Assembly (NCBI GenBank): GCA_964438505.1
Contig: CAYTKN010000013.1
Span: 7,626 to 71,625 of the forward strand
Direction of reading: 5' to 3'
DNA: 64,000 nt
DNA from: an uncultured Burkholderiales bacterium
Lineage (GTDB): Bacteria > Actinomycetota > Acidimicrobiia > IMCC26256 > JACPCJ01
The notes beneath the pieces are model-generated. The model made no database searches and was not told the origin of the DNA. It saw nothing but the letters and a program-made list of their open reading frames with translations. Shown one piece after another: positions 15,748 through 25,022 of the stretch (positions within the stretch are counted from its first letter, which is position 1; each line of letters starts with the position of its first letter). The translations under genes and the position numbers were made by a program.

Positions 15748-15801
15748 CGGAAGCTCGGGTGGCGTGCTGCGGGGGCGCCGGGAGCTCCGCCGTAGCCTGA
15801 C

Positions 15802-17133
15802 GTGATGGCCTCGTCACGACCGGCGTCGCGCGCCGCCGGACGCTTCCTGGGTTGGCGGGTCCTCGCCCTGGCCTCGATCACCTCGGCGTTGAGCGGGCCC
15901 GGTCAGACGATCGGGGTGTCGGTGTTCATCGACCACGTGGTCGCCGACCTCGACCTGAGCCGCTCGGTGGTCTCCAGCGGGTACCTGGTCGGCACCCTCG
16001 TCGGCGCGACGGCGTTGCCGGTGGTGGGCCGCCAGATCGACCGTTTCGGTGTCCGCCGGGCGATGGCGGTCATCGCCGCCGCGTTCTCGCTGGCGCTGGT
16101 GGCGATGGCGGGTGTGCAGGGGATCGTGACGTTGACGGCGGGGTTCGTCGGCATCCGGATGCTGGGGCAGGGGTCGCTGTTCCTCACCAGCACCGTCGCG
16201 GTGCAGCTCTGGTTCGAGCGCCGCCGGGGGTTCGCGATCGGAGTCCTCGCCACGGTCTCGAGCGCGCTGATGGCGCTGGTGCCCGTGGGCCTCGACATGG
16301 TGATCGATGCCGCGGGTTGGCGGGTGGCGTGGCTGGTCGCAGCGGCGGTGGTGGCGGGGGTGGTGGTGCCCATCGCGGTCTTCGGGATCGTCGACCGGCC
16401 CGCGGACGTCGGTCAGCTCCCCGACGGCGACGACCCCACCGACGCCGACGAGCCCGCCGACGGCGACGACCCCACCGAGGGCGTCGAGCCCACGAACGGC
16501 AGCGGCGCGGAAGGCGACGGGCGTGCGCGTGCGGGGCCGTCCGTGCCGTCGCTCACCCGGGCGGAGGCGGTGCGGACGGTCCCGTTCTGGGTGCTGGCGA
16601 TCGTGGCTGCGCTGTCCGCGATGTTCGTCACGGCGCTGAACTTCCACCAGATCTCGTTGCTGGGCCAGGCGGGGCTCTCGAGCACGGCGGCCGCCGCCTT
16701 GTTCCTCCCCCAGATGATCGGCTCGACGGTGGTGGCGGTCGGCCTCGGTGCGCTCAGCGACCGGTTCGGCCGGCGCGGGTTGCCGGCGACGGCGATGGTG
16801 CTGCTGGCGTCGACGTTGCTGGTCGGCGCGAACGTGTCGCCGGGGCCAGTGGTGGTGGCCTACGCGATGCTCATCGGCGCGACGACGGGGGCGATGCGGA
16901 CCACCAGCGGCACGTTGATGCCCGCGTGGTTCGGGGTGGCGCACCTGGGTTCGATCCAGGGCTCGTTGACGCTGGTGCTGGTGGTGGGCTCGTCGGTCGG
17001 CCCGGTCGCGCTCGCGCTCGGCGAGCGCTGGTTGGGTGGCTACGACGCCGCGCTGCTCGCCGCCGTGGTGGTGCCGGTGGTGGCCGCGTGGTTCGCCTGG
17101 AGTGGCGCGGCCCGGGCCCCGCGGGGTCGCTGA
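15802..17133 (+). CDS. MFS transporter
   Basis: Track ORF of 443 aa with about 12 TM segments and an acidic central loop containing the repeat DGDDPTDADEPADGDDPTEG. The start is GTG 15802 or ATG 15805. Confidence 0.85.
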   Translation: MMASSRPASRAAGRFLGWRVLALASITSALSGPGQTIGVSVFIDHVVADLDLSRSVVSSGYLVGTLVGATALPVVGRQIDRFGVRRAMAVIAAAFSLALVAMAGVQGIVTLTAGFVGIRMLGQGSLFLTSTVAVQLWFERRRGFAIGVLATVSSALMALVPVGLDMVIDAAGWRVAWLVAAAVVAGVVVPIAVFGIVDRPADVGQLPDGDDPTDADEPADGDDPTEGVEPTNGSGAEGDGRARAGPSVPSLTRAEAVRTVPFWVLAIVAALSAMFVTALNFHQISLLGQAGLSSTAAAALFLPQMIGSTVVAVGLGALSDRFGRRGLPATAMVLLASTLLVGANVSPGPVVVAYAMLIGATTGAMRTTSGTLMPAWFGVAHLGSIQGSLTLVLVVGSSVGPVALALGERWLGGYDAALLAAVVVPVVAAWFAWSGAARAPRGR

Positions 17134-17168
17134 CGCCGGGCGGTTTCCACCTGCGCCGGGCGCACTCC

Positions 17169-17217
17169 AATGTGTGAGTGTGGTGCAGTCAATACGACTG
17201 CACCACACTCACACATT
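17169..17217. repeat. 49-nt perfect palindrome, copy 2
   Basis: AATGTGTGAGTGTGGTGCAGTC-AATAC-GACTGCACCACACTCACACATT starts 36 nt after the MFS stop. Confidence 0.95.
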
Positions 17218-17286
17218 CGGGAGATGGGTCGCCTCGGGTGGGAGCGGGCTCTCGAAGCTGGAGCAGGATCTCTAAGCTGGCGCCCC

Positions 17287-18036
<750 letters not shown>

Positions 18037-18058
18037 GCCCGCGGGCCGGAGGCGAGCG

Positions 18059-20599
18059 GTGCTGAAGATCGCGGTCCGCGGGATCCGGAACCACAAGGCC
18101 CGCTTCGCGGCGACGACGTTCGCGGTGGTCCTGGGCGTCTCGTTCGTGGTGGCGAGCTTCGTCCTGGCCGACACGATCCGCAGCGCGTTCGACGATCTGT
18201 TCTCCGAGATCACCGAGGGTGTGGAGCTGTCGGTGCGCTCGAGCGACGCGATCGGGTCGTCGGGTCCGGAGGGCTCGCAGCGACGTCCGGTCCGTGAGGA
18301 GCTCCTCGAGGTGGTCCACGGCACCGAGGGTGTGGCGGTCGCCTCCGGCCAGGTGGAGGGGTTCGCTCGGGTGGTCACGCCGGATGGTGAGCCTGTGACC
18401 GCGACGGGCGCGCCGCTGATCGGGGTGGGGTGGGGCCCGCACGAGGAGTTGTCACCGATCACCCTCGAGCGGGGGGCGAAGCCGGACGGGCCCGGGGAGG
18501 TCGCCGTCGACCGGGGGACGGCGGAGGACTTCGACCTCGAGGTGGGCGACCGGGTGACCGTCGAGGTGGCGACGGGTGTGGTGCCGGCGGAGCTCGTCGG
18601 GATCTTCACCTTCGGCGAGACCAACAGCCTGCTCGGCGCGCGGCTCACCGCGTTCGAGCCGGAGGCAGCGCAGGCGGCGTTCGACTCGGAGGGGTTCTTC
18701 CAGTCGATCGCCGTCGCGCTCGAGCCGGACGCGGACGTCGGCGCGGTCGCGCAGCGCCTGGAGGGGGTGCTGCCCGACGGGCTCGAGGTGGTGACCGGCC
18801 AGACGGTCGCCGACGAGAACGCCTCCGAGGTCAACGAGTTCGTCGACGTGTTCGGCAACGTGCTGTTGGGGTTCGCGGCGGTGGCGCTGTTCGTGTCGGC
18901 GTTCTACATCCACAACACGTTCACGATCATCCTCGGGCAGCGGACCCGCGAGTTGGGGTTGCTGCGCGCGGTGGGGGCGTCCCCCGGCCAGGTGACGCGC
19001 TCGGTGCTCGCCGAGGCGGTGGTGATCGGGGTGGTCGCATCGGTGGTCGGGGTGGGCTTCGGTCTCCTCACCGCCCTCGGTCTGGAGGCGCTGCTGGGGA
19101 TGGCGGGCCTCGACTTCCCGGCGACGGGTTTGGAGCTGCGGGCGCGGAGCTGGGTGCTGGCGGTCGTGGTGGGGGTGGGTGTCACGCTGCTGTCGTCGCT
19201 GGCGCCGGCGAGGCGGGCGGGACGGGTGTCCCCGGTCGTGGCCATGGGCGGCGCGGCGGCGGCTGTCGGCGCCGGGTCGCGGCGGTCGGTCGTCGGGGTG
19301 GTCCTGGTGGGTGTGGGCGCGGTGCTGATCGCGCTGGGGTTGGCGGTGGCGCAGGGCGCGCCGGCGGTGCTGGGGTCGCTCGGGGTGGGTGCGGTCGCCG
19401 TGTTCGTGGGGATCGCGCGGTTGGGTCCGCTCTTCGCCGGGCCGGTGGCGGCGGTGTTGGGTGCTCCGCTGCGGCGGGTGTTCGGGATGCCGGGCCGGTT
19501 GGCGACGGAGAACGCGTCGCGGAACCCGGAGCGCACGGCGTCGGCTGCGTCCGCGCTGATGATCGGTCTGGCGTTGGTGACGATGGCGGCGGTCGCGGGC
19601 CGCTCGATGACGGCGACGTTCGCGGACGCCGTGGAGGAGAGCGTCGCCGCCGATCTGGTCGTCTCGGCGAGCGGGTTCGGGTCGTTCAGTCCGGCGTTCG
19701 CGGAGGAGATCGCCGAGCTGGAGGAGGTGGGTGCGGTCACGCCGGTGCGGTTCGGATCGTTCCGCTTCGGCGGCGAGGAACGTTCGGCGGTGGGGGTGGA
19801 TCCCCGCGGCGCGCAGGCGCTCTTCGAGCTGGACGCGCTGGCGGGGTCGCTCGGTGACCTGGACGCGTCGTCGCTCGCCGTCCACGAGGACCCGGCGGAG
19901 GATCTGGGTCTGGGCGTCGGCGACGAGGTGGACGTCGAGTTCACCCGCTCGGGGGAGACGACGCTGCGGGTCGCGGCCGTCTACTCGGACGCGACGCTGG
20001 TGGGCAACTACCTGGTGAGCACCGAGGGGTGGGGTGAGCGCTTCAACGTGGCGACCGACTCGCTGGTGCTGGTGGGGGCGGCCGAGGGTGTGGACGTCGA
20101 GGAGCTCGAGGAGGCGACCACTCGGGTGGCGGAGGCGTATCCGGCGCTCGCCGTCGAGAACCGGGCCGAGTTCCGGGAGAGTCAGCAGGACCAGTTCTCG
20201 CAGATCCTCGTGGCGGTGAACGGCATGTTGGGCCTGGCGGTGCTGATCGCCGGGTTGGGGATCGCGAACACGATGGCGTTGTCGGTGTTCGAGCGGACCC
20301 GCGAGCTGGGCCTGCTGCGCGCGGTCGGGATGACGTCGCGCCAGGCGCGGCGGATGATCCGGTGGGAGTCGGTCGTGGTGGCGGTCTTCGGGGGTGTCCT
20401 CGGCGTGGCGGTGGGGCTCCTCTTCGGGGTGGTCGTGGTGGCGGCGTTGCCGTCTTCGGTGGCGGCGCGGTTGGTGGTGCCGACGACGACGGTGGTGCTC
20501 ACGCTGGTCGCTGCGGGCGTGGTCGGCTTGCTGGCGGCGATCTTCCCGGCGCGGCGCGCGGGTCGGCTGCGGGTGCTGAGCGCCATCGCCCACGAGTAG
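18059..20599 (+). CDS. ABC transporter permease with two FtsX domains (MacB-type)
   Basis: Track ORF of 846 aa. The N-terminus is MLKIAVRGIRNHKARFAATTFAVVLGVSFV. The motif ERTRELGLLRAVG occurs twice. GGAGG lies 8 nt upstream of the GTG start. Confidence 0.85.
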   Translation: MLKIAVRGIRNHKARFAATTFAVVLGVSFVVASFVLADTIRSAFDDLFSEITEGVELSVRSSDAIGSSGPEGSQRRPVREELLEVVHGTEGVAVASGQVEGFARVVTPDGEPVTATGAPLIGVGWGPHEELSPITLERGAKPDGPGEVAVDRGTAEDFDLEVGDRVTVEVATGVVPAELVGIFTFGETNSLLGARLTAFEPEAAQAAFDSEGFFQSIAVALEPDADVGAVAQRLEGVLPDGLEVVTGQTVADENASEVNEFVDVFGNVLLGFAAVALFVSAFYIHNTFTIILGQRTRELGLLRAVGASPGQVTRSVLAEAVVIGVVASVVGVGFGLLTALGLEALLGMAGLDFPATGLELRARSWVLAVVVGVGVTLLSSLAPARRAGRVSPVVAMGGAAAAVGAGSRRSVVGVVLVGVGAVLIALGLAVAQGAPAVLGSLGVGAVAVFVGIARLGPLFAGPVAAVLGAPLRRVFGMPGRLATENASRNPERTASAASALMIGLALVTMAAVAGRSMTATFADAVEESVAADLVVSASGFGSFSPAFAEEIAELEEVGAVTPVRFGSFRFGGEERSAVGVDPRGAQALFELDALAGSLGDLDASSLAVHEDPAEDLGLGVGDEVDVEFTRSGETTLRVAAVYSDATLVGNYLVSTEGWGERFNVATDSLVLVGAAEGVDVEELEEATTRVAEAYPALAVENRAEFRESQQDQFSQILVAVNGMLGLAVLIAGLGIANTMALSVFERTRELGLLRAVGMTSRQARRMIRWESVVVAVFGGVLGVAVGLLFGVVVVAALPSSVAARLVVPTTTVVLTLVAAGVVGLLAAIFPARRAGRLRVLSAIAHE

Positions 20600-20640
20600 C
20601 GCCTCGCCGGACCGGTGACGTTCGGGGCCGGACGAGCTCC

Positions 20641-20689
20641 AATGTGTGAGTGTGGTGCAGTCAATACGACTGCACCACACTCACACATT
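20641..20689. repeat. 49-nt perfect palindrome, copy 3
   Basis: Identical to copy 2. It starts 42 nt after the permease stop and ends 17 nt before the stop codon of the minus-strand vapC remnant. Confidence 0.95.
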
Positions 20690-20706
20690 GGGAAGGGGTT
20701 CGGCCG

Positions 20707-20772
20707 CTACCAGATGGTCCGGAGATCGGGGATGCCGGCGAGGCGGCGGTCGCGGGTCACGAGGACGTTCAC
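20707..20772 (-). pseudogene. C-terminal remnant of a PIN-domain (VapC) toxin
   Basis: My translation is VNVLVTRDRRLAGIPDLRTIW*. LVTRDRRLA is the typical VapC C-terminal motif. It begins 11 nt after the phd stop, where a full toxin gene of about 130 aa would be expected. Confidence 0.45.
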
Positions 20773-20783
20773 CCGAAGGCTTC

Positions 20784-21020
20784 TCACTCGGTAGCGACGG
20801 GCTCGAGCAGCTCGTCGTCGTCGACGAGGTAGGTGATGCTGCCTCGGAGGTCGTCTCGTACCGGGGCGCGCAGCTCCTCCGGCGATTCGACGGGCACCAC
20901 CTTGGCCACGGGCCGGCCACGCTTGGTGACGATCAGCTCGTCGCCGCTCCGAGCGATGTCGTCGAGGAGCTTGAGGCAGGTGGCCCTGAACCGGCTGGCA
21001 GAGATCTCGCGGGTGTCCAT
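20784..21020 (-). CDS. Phd/YefM-family antitoxin
   Basis: This is the last 78 aa of track ORF 20784..22202: MDTREISASRFRATCLKLLDDIARSGDELIVTKRGRPVAKVVPVE..., a typical Phd/YefM N-terminal fold sequence. Confidence 0.75.
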   Translation of the reverse strand: MDTREISASRFRATCLKLLDDIARSGDELIVTKRGRPVAKVVPVESPEELRAPVRDDLRGSITYLVDDDELLEPVATE

Positions 21021-21068
21021 GCCGCCACGGTAGTCATCTGACCAGCAGCACCGATGCGGCCTGTGGGT

Positions 21069-21089
21069 GTCCCCCGCGTCGCGGGGGAC
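21069..21089 (-). terminator. GC hairpin after the alpha/beta hydrolase gene
   Basis: GTCCCCCGCG-T-CGCGGGGGAC is a 21-nt palindrome, giving an effective stem of about 8 bp. It lies 18 nt downstream of the minus-strand stop at 21107. Confidence 0.35.
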
Positions 21090-21106
21090 GCCCACCGGGG
21101 GCGCGA

Positions 21107-22003
21107 TCAGGTCGGGTCCATCGCGGCGCGCAGGGCGTCGAGGAACGCGGCGGGCTGGTCGCGCGGCGGGTCGTCGGCGGAGTCGTCGATGACGTGCAGC
21201 GGCCATCCGTGGCGGCTGCTGGCCCTCTCCGCGATCTTGAGGCGCAGCGCCTTGTCGTGGCGGCCCCAGACGAGGGTGGTGGGCGCCTCGATGCGGTCGA
21301 GGTCCCCGGCGGGGATGCGTGGCACGCCGGCGGCGCGGAAGAGGCGTCCGGCGGCTTTCGCCTTCGGCGATCGGGCGAGCGCGAGGTTGTAGGCCTCGAA
21401 GGCGTCCCAGTCGTCGCCCATGTCGTCGCGCAGCGTGTCGAGATCGAAGGCGCACTGCCGCATGAAGCGCTCGTAGGTCGCCTCGTTGGGCCGGGCCTGG
21501 AAGCCGAGGAAGCGCAGCGCGAAGGCCGGTGAGGGGCGGAAGCGCCCCAGGCCGAGCGAGTCGACGAGCACGAGCCGGCGCAGCCGGTCGCTGTGGTCGA
21601 CGGCGTAGCGCGCGGCGATCGCGCCGCCGAGGACGTGACCGACGAGGGTGGGTGGCGTCTCGCAGGTCCGCTCGAGGAGCTCGCCGAGCCAGGCGACGAC
21701 GCCTGCGGGGTCGAGGGGGGTGTCGCCGGTGTCGGAGGAGCCGTGCGCGGGGAGGTCGGGGGCGACGACGCGGTGGTCCTCGACGAGGTCGGGGATCACC
21801 CACCGCCAGTTCACCGCGGATTCGCCGGGGCCGTGGAGGAGGACGATCGGGTGTCCGGATCCGCCGGTCAGCACGGCGGTGGGGACGCCGGCGAGGGTGT
21901 GGTGCTCCTCGGTGACGGGGACGCCGTCGAGCAGCCGTCGCCGCTCTCGCTGCCCCACGGGGGCGTCTTCGGCGGCGGTGTGGGTGTCGTCTCGGGTGGA
22001 CAT
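21107..22003 (-). CDS. Alpha/beta-fold hydrolase
   Basis: 298 aa counted from ATG 22003, with AGGAGG upstream. Motifs are HPIVLLHGPG, the nucleophile-elbow-like VGHVLGG, and a late His in SRHGWPLHVID. Confidence 0.8.
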   Translation of the reverse strand: MSTRDDTHTAAEDAPVGQRERRRLLDGVPVTEEHHTLAGVPTAVLTGGSGHPIVLLHGPGESAVNWRWVIPDLVEDHRVVAPDLPAHGSSDTGDTPLDPAGVVAWLGELLERTCETPPTLVGHVLGGAIAARYAVDHSDRLRRLVLVDSLGLGRFRPSPAFALRFLGFQARPNEATYERFMRQCAFDLDTLRDDMGDDWDAFEAYNLALARSPKAKAAGRLFRAAGVPRIPAGDLDRIEAPTTLVWGRHDKALRLKIAERASSRHGWPLHVIDDSADDPPRDQPAAFLDALRAAMDPT

Positions 22004-22205
22004 CGGCGACCTCCTGGGGTGCGTCCGTACTGGCGTCGTGTGTCCACCGCAGTGTGCGGGAGGTGCGTCGAGGCGGCATCGCCCGAATCCGCCAATCTTC
22101 GGATCGGGGCGCGTGGTGCGAATGGCCCACGCGTCCCCGGCTGCCCACCCGTGCTCCCACGACACCCGTGGCCGGGTTGACCGGAACCCTTGGTCGGTCC
22201 ACCGG

Positions 22206-22343
22206 CTATGAGGATTCGGGGTGGCGCGCCTCCAACATCGCCGTGAGCAGCTCCCTGAGGGCCGCGAACGCCTCGAGCTCAAAGTGTCTCACCCGTCCGC
22301 GAAGCTCGAACGCGCATGTCGCGAGTGCTGGGGCGAGACGAGG
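22206..22343 (-). pseudogene. C-terminal fragment of a paralogue of the 23498..24049 HTH protein
   Basis: APALATCAFELRGRVRHFELEAFAALRELLTAM aligns with ARVIGAVNAALELRGAREALDPDAFAAVRELLTAT. The DNA core GTGAGCAGCTCCCTGA.GGCCGCGAA is shared between 22244-22283 and 23532-23571. Confidence 0.4.
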
Positions 22344-22392
22344 CCGTGACCACGTCTCTCTGCTGTCGATAGTCAACGGAGACCGATGCGAT

Positions 22393-23211
22393 GTGAAGAG
22401 TGCTCTGAACTTCATCGCTCGTCACGCAGGAAGCGTGTTGCTCGCCTTGACGGGCGTCACCCTTGTCGTGTTCTCGATCGTGACGTATTCAATCGACCGC
22501 GACGGTGCGATTCTCGGCTTCACGTTCCTCGGAGTCGCCGCCGTCGCCCTCGGCGCGTTGCTGCCACGTCTCGTCGAAGGGGAGCTTGCGCCACAGCGCG
22601 TGAGTTTCAAACTCGCCCACGAGCGACGGACATCGGTACGACTCGCGCAGACGCCACGTGTGCGACCGGACCAACTCGACGAGCCAAGCGAGCTGGTGGT
22701 GGGAAGTCGCCATGCGCTCGCGAGTGAAGCTTTGGCCCACATCCTGCAGACCGCGGACCAGGAATCAGTCCTCGCGGGCTGCCACCTGCGCTTGTACCTG
22801 TACGACGAGGATCGCGGACGGCTCGTGCCGGTGCTGCTCCCAGACGAAAGCCGAGATGATGTAGCCGACATCGAGGAATGGGAGGTGGGGACAGGTGCCA
22901 CGGGTACCGCCTACCAGCGAGGGGAGTTCGTCCTCGCTGAGGGCTCGGCGGTCTGGGATACCACCCACGGACTCACGGAAGAGCAGAGCACGAGGTTCCG
23001 GCATCTCACAGCCGTCGCATCGATGCCAGTGACGAACGCCGCTTCGGAGGTACTCGCTGTGATGACGGCTGCTACGTCGGAGCCCGATGGGGGGCACCTC
23101 GGCACCGACGAGGCCTACGACGTCTTGATCGCTCGCTCCCTACTCGTGGCTCGCATCCTGGTGGACCTTCTCGGATGGTTTCCCGACCGCTATGGTGAGA
23201 GCGATGAGTAG
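22393..23211 (+). CDS. Two-TM protein with a C-terminal GAF-like domain, unknown function
   Basis: This is the real part of track ORF 22054..23211, with a GTG start at 22393. Two hydrophobic helices (SVLLALTGVTLVVFSIV and ILGFTFLGVAAVALGALL) are followed by a GAF-like pattern (CHLRLYLYDEDRGRLVPV...GTGATGTAYQRGEFV...AVASMPV...VLAVMTAATSE). GC3 is lower than in neighbouring genes. Confidence 0.6.
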   Translation: MKSALNFIARHAGSVLLALTGVTLVVFSIVTYSIDRDGAILGFTFLGVAAVALGALLPRLVEGELAPQRVSFKLAHERRTSVRLAQTPRVRPDQLDEPSELVVGSRHALASEALAHILQTADQESVLAGCHLRLYLYDEDRGRLVPVLLPDESRDDVADIEEWEVGTGATGTAYQRGEFVLAEGSAVWDTTHGLTEEQSTRFRHLTAVASMPVTNAASEVLAVMTAATSEPDGGHLGTDEAYDVLIARSLLVARILVDLLGWFPDRYGESDE

Positions 23212-23497
23212 CGGCAATGGCTACACGGTTCGCAAGGTGTCGGACGCAGAGCGTTCTCGCGCGCTCACAGGCGCTTTCGCTGGCGGAAGACGGATCCTGA
23301 TCTCCCCAGGTCAGGGAAAGGCGATCCTCCGGGGGGTACACCCTCGTGCTCGGCCTCGACAGCGTCGAGGGAGCACACGAGCGGGCCGAGCGCGCGGTGG
23401 CCGGTCGCGAGCGCGGGCTGGATCGCCTCCGGTGAGTCGTCTCCCCTCGTGAGCTCATCCGACGCCTGAGCTCGTCACGCGCGCCCCATCCGAGCTG

Positions 23498-24049
23498 TCA
23501 GGTTCTCGACGGCCGACCTTCCGGGGTTGCGGTGAGCAGCTCCCTGACGGCCGCGAAGGCGTCGGGGTCGAGGGCTTCTCGGGCGCCGCGCAACTCCAAG
23601 GCGGCATTGACCGCCCCGATCACGCGTGCGTCGGCTGCGGCGTCTTCGTCACCGAGCCAGGCGGCGACGTCGGCCCACCGCCACAGCTTCGATCGCGCCT
23701 CCGCCCGCAACGCCGGTGGCGGGAACCCCTCGCGGATGATCCCCTCGGACCACTGACGGACGGTCTCGCGGGTGCGGCCCGTGCGTTCGGCGATCTCGGC
23801 CAGGGTCACGAGCTGGTCGTCCTCGACCCGGGTCACACGGAGACCGTTGACCGACTCGACCTGCCGGATGGCGGTCAGCACCGCGTCGAGGATGTCGGGG
23901 GCCTCGCGGTCGACGGTGGCCACGGCGACGCCGTGCACCCATCCGACGAGAGCGTCGTCGAGCCCTGCCTCGTAGAGCTGGTCGACGGTGTCGAGGTCGT
24001 CGCGGTCGAGCCCCGCGATGACCAGCTCGAAGGTGTGCTCCGTCGACAT
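23498..24049 (-). CDS. HTH DNA-binding protein (excisionase/MerR-like HTH) with an unknown N-terminal domain
   Basis: Track ORF of 183 aa. LVTLAEIAERTGRTRETVRQW...RLWRWADVAAWL resembles an HTH_17-type motif. Confidence 0.65.
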   Translation of the reverse strand: MSTEHTFELVIAGLDRDDLDTVDQLYEAGLDDALVGWVHGVAVATVDREAPDILDAVLTAIRQVESVNGLRVTRVEDDQLVTLAEIAERTGRTRETVRQWSEGIIREGFPPPALRAEARSKLWRWADVAAWLGDEDAAADARVIGAVNAALELRGAREALDPDAFAAVRELLTATPEGRPSRT

Positions 24050-24095
24050 CGTTTCTCTACCGCCCCACCGCTACCCGGCTTCCCCAGCACTTGAC

Positions 24096-24124
24096 ATTCT
24101 GCAAGTACCCTTGGTCTTTGTCAA
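24096..24124 (-). promoter_or_regulatory. Sigma70-like promoter TTGACA-N17-CAGAAT overlapping an inverted repeat
   Basis: The minus strand reads gcTTGACAaagaccaagggtacttgCAGAATgtcaagtgc. The inverted repeat CTTGACA (24090-24096) / TGTCAAG (24119-24125) brackets it. It lies about 45-75 nt upstream of ATG 24049. Confidence 0.4.
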
Positions 24125-24344
24125 GCACAGGGCTCGGAGCTGGTCGGAGATCTGGCCGCCGTGCAGGATCGCGGTCTTGCTCGAGGATTCGGTCACCCGC
24201 AGATCCTGGCGGGCACATGTGACAGGAATCCCTTCATCGTCGACCGCATCGGCCCTCCCCCATGATCAGCTGCGCCCCACCACGGGCGCGACGAGCAACG
24301 CTGATCCGTCGACGCTGGTGCCCGTGTCGACGGCCCTGGGCTGT

Positions 24345-24755
24345 TCAGGGCGCGGGCGGGGTCAGCTCCACGGCTGTGTGGGCCCGTACTGCCCGTGCGA
24401 GGCGCTCGTCGGCGGTGAGGAGTGTTCCGCCGGTGAGCTCCGCGAGCGCGACATAGCTGGCGTCATAGGGCGAGAAGTTGGAGCGGAGCTCGAACAGCCG
24501 AGCGAGCAACGACTGGTGGCCGTGTCTGGTCACCGGAAGATCCAGGTAGTCCTGGAGCGCTTCGGTCGCGCGACGACTGGACATGAGGTCGCGGCGTAGC
24601 CCACGTCGCAGGCCGGCGGCGATCTCGACGTCGCAGAGCGCCGGGACGTGGACGTCGACATCCGGGTTCCGGAGCACCTCGCGGGCCGGCGGGGCTGCTT
24701 CGGTGCCGAGGAGGTACTCGAGGACCGCCGACGCGTCGGCAACGACGAGCTTCAG
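24345..24755 (-). CDS. vapC: PIN-domain toxin VapC, apparently with a non-canonical CTG start
   Basis: The frame is open upstream of the track start at GTG 24677. It encodes LKLVVADASAVLEYLLG..., which carries the conserved first Asp. CTG 24755 overlaps the antitoxin stop as CTGA. The C-terminus is LLTADERLARA. Confidence 0.75.
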   Translation of the reverse strand: MKLVVADASAVLEYLLGTEAAPPAREVLRNPDVDVHVPALCDVEIAAGLRRGLRRDLMSSRRATEALQDYLDLPVTRHGHQSLLARLFELRSNFSPYDASYVALAELTGGTLLTADERLARAVRAHTAVELTPPAP

Positions 24756-24991
24756 GACGCGTCCCTTTCTCTGCGCTCCTCGGCGATGAGGTCGGCGGCT
24801 CCGCCTCCGAGCGACACGGGGTCTCTGCCCTCGATGCGGTCGAGCACCTCGGACGCTGGAGGTCGGGCAAGCTCTCGTTCGAGCAGACTCTGGATGTAGT
24901 CGGTGAGGGACTGGCCGCGCGCGTTCGCACGCCTCGTGAGCTCGCGGTGCACCTGGTCCGGGACGTTGCGCACCTGGATCATCTTGGACAT
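24752..24991 (-). CDS. vapB: Ribbon-helix-helix antitoxin (VapB/FitA-like)
   Basis: 79 aa counted from ATG 24991: MSKMIQVRNVPDQVHRELTRRANARGQSLTDYIQSLLEREL, a typical RHH antitoxin sequence. Confidence 0.8.
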   Translation of the reverse strand: MSKMIQVRNVPDQVHRELTRRANARGQSLTDYIQSLLERELARPPASEVLDRIEGRDPVSLGGGAADLIAEERRERDAS

Positions 24992-25003
24992 GCGATCAGC
25001 GTG

Positions 25004-25022
25004 CCACATGTGGATCACATGT
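25004..25022 (-). promoter_or_regulatory. Candidate RHH operator
   Basis: The 10-bp perfect palindrome CCACATGTGG (25004-25013) is followed by a second CACATGT (25016-25022). The site lies 13-31 nt upstream of the antitoxin ATG. Confidence 0.3.

Noticed and set aside
22386-22727. ORF 22386..22727 (113 aa) as the gene at this locus
   Set aside because: It is Arg-rich off-frame sequence. The alternative frame starting at GTG 22393 gives TM helices and a GAF-like domain.
24130-24345. Short minus-strand ORF (VTESSSKTAILHGGQISDQLRALC...) between the HTH gene promoter and vapC
   Set aside because: It is 41 codons long, overlaps the predicted promoter, and has no recognisable motif or RBS. It is probably decayed sequence.
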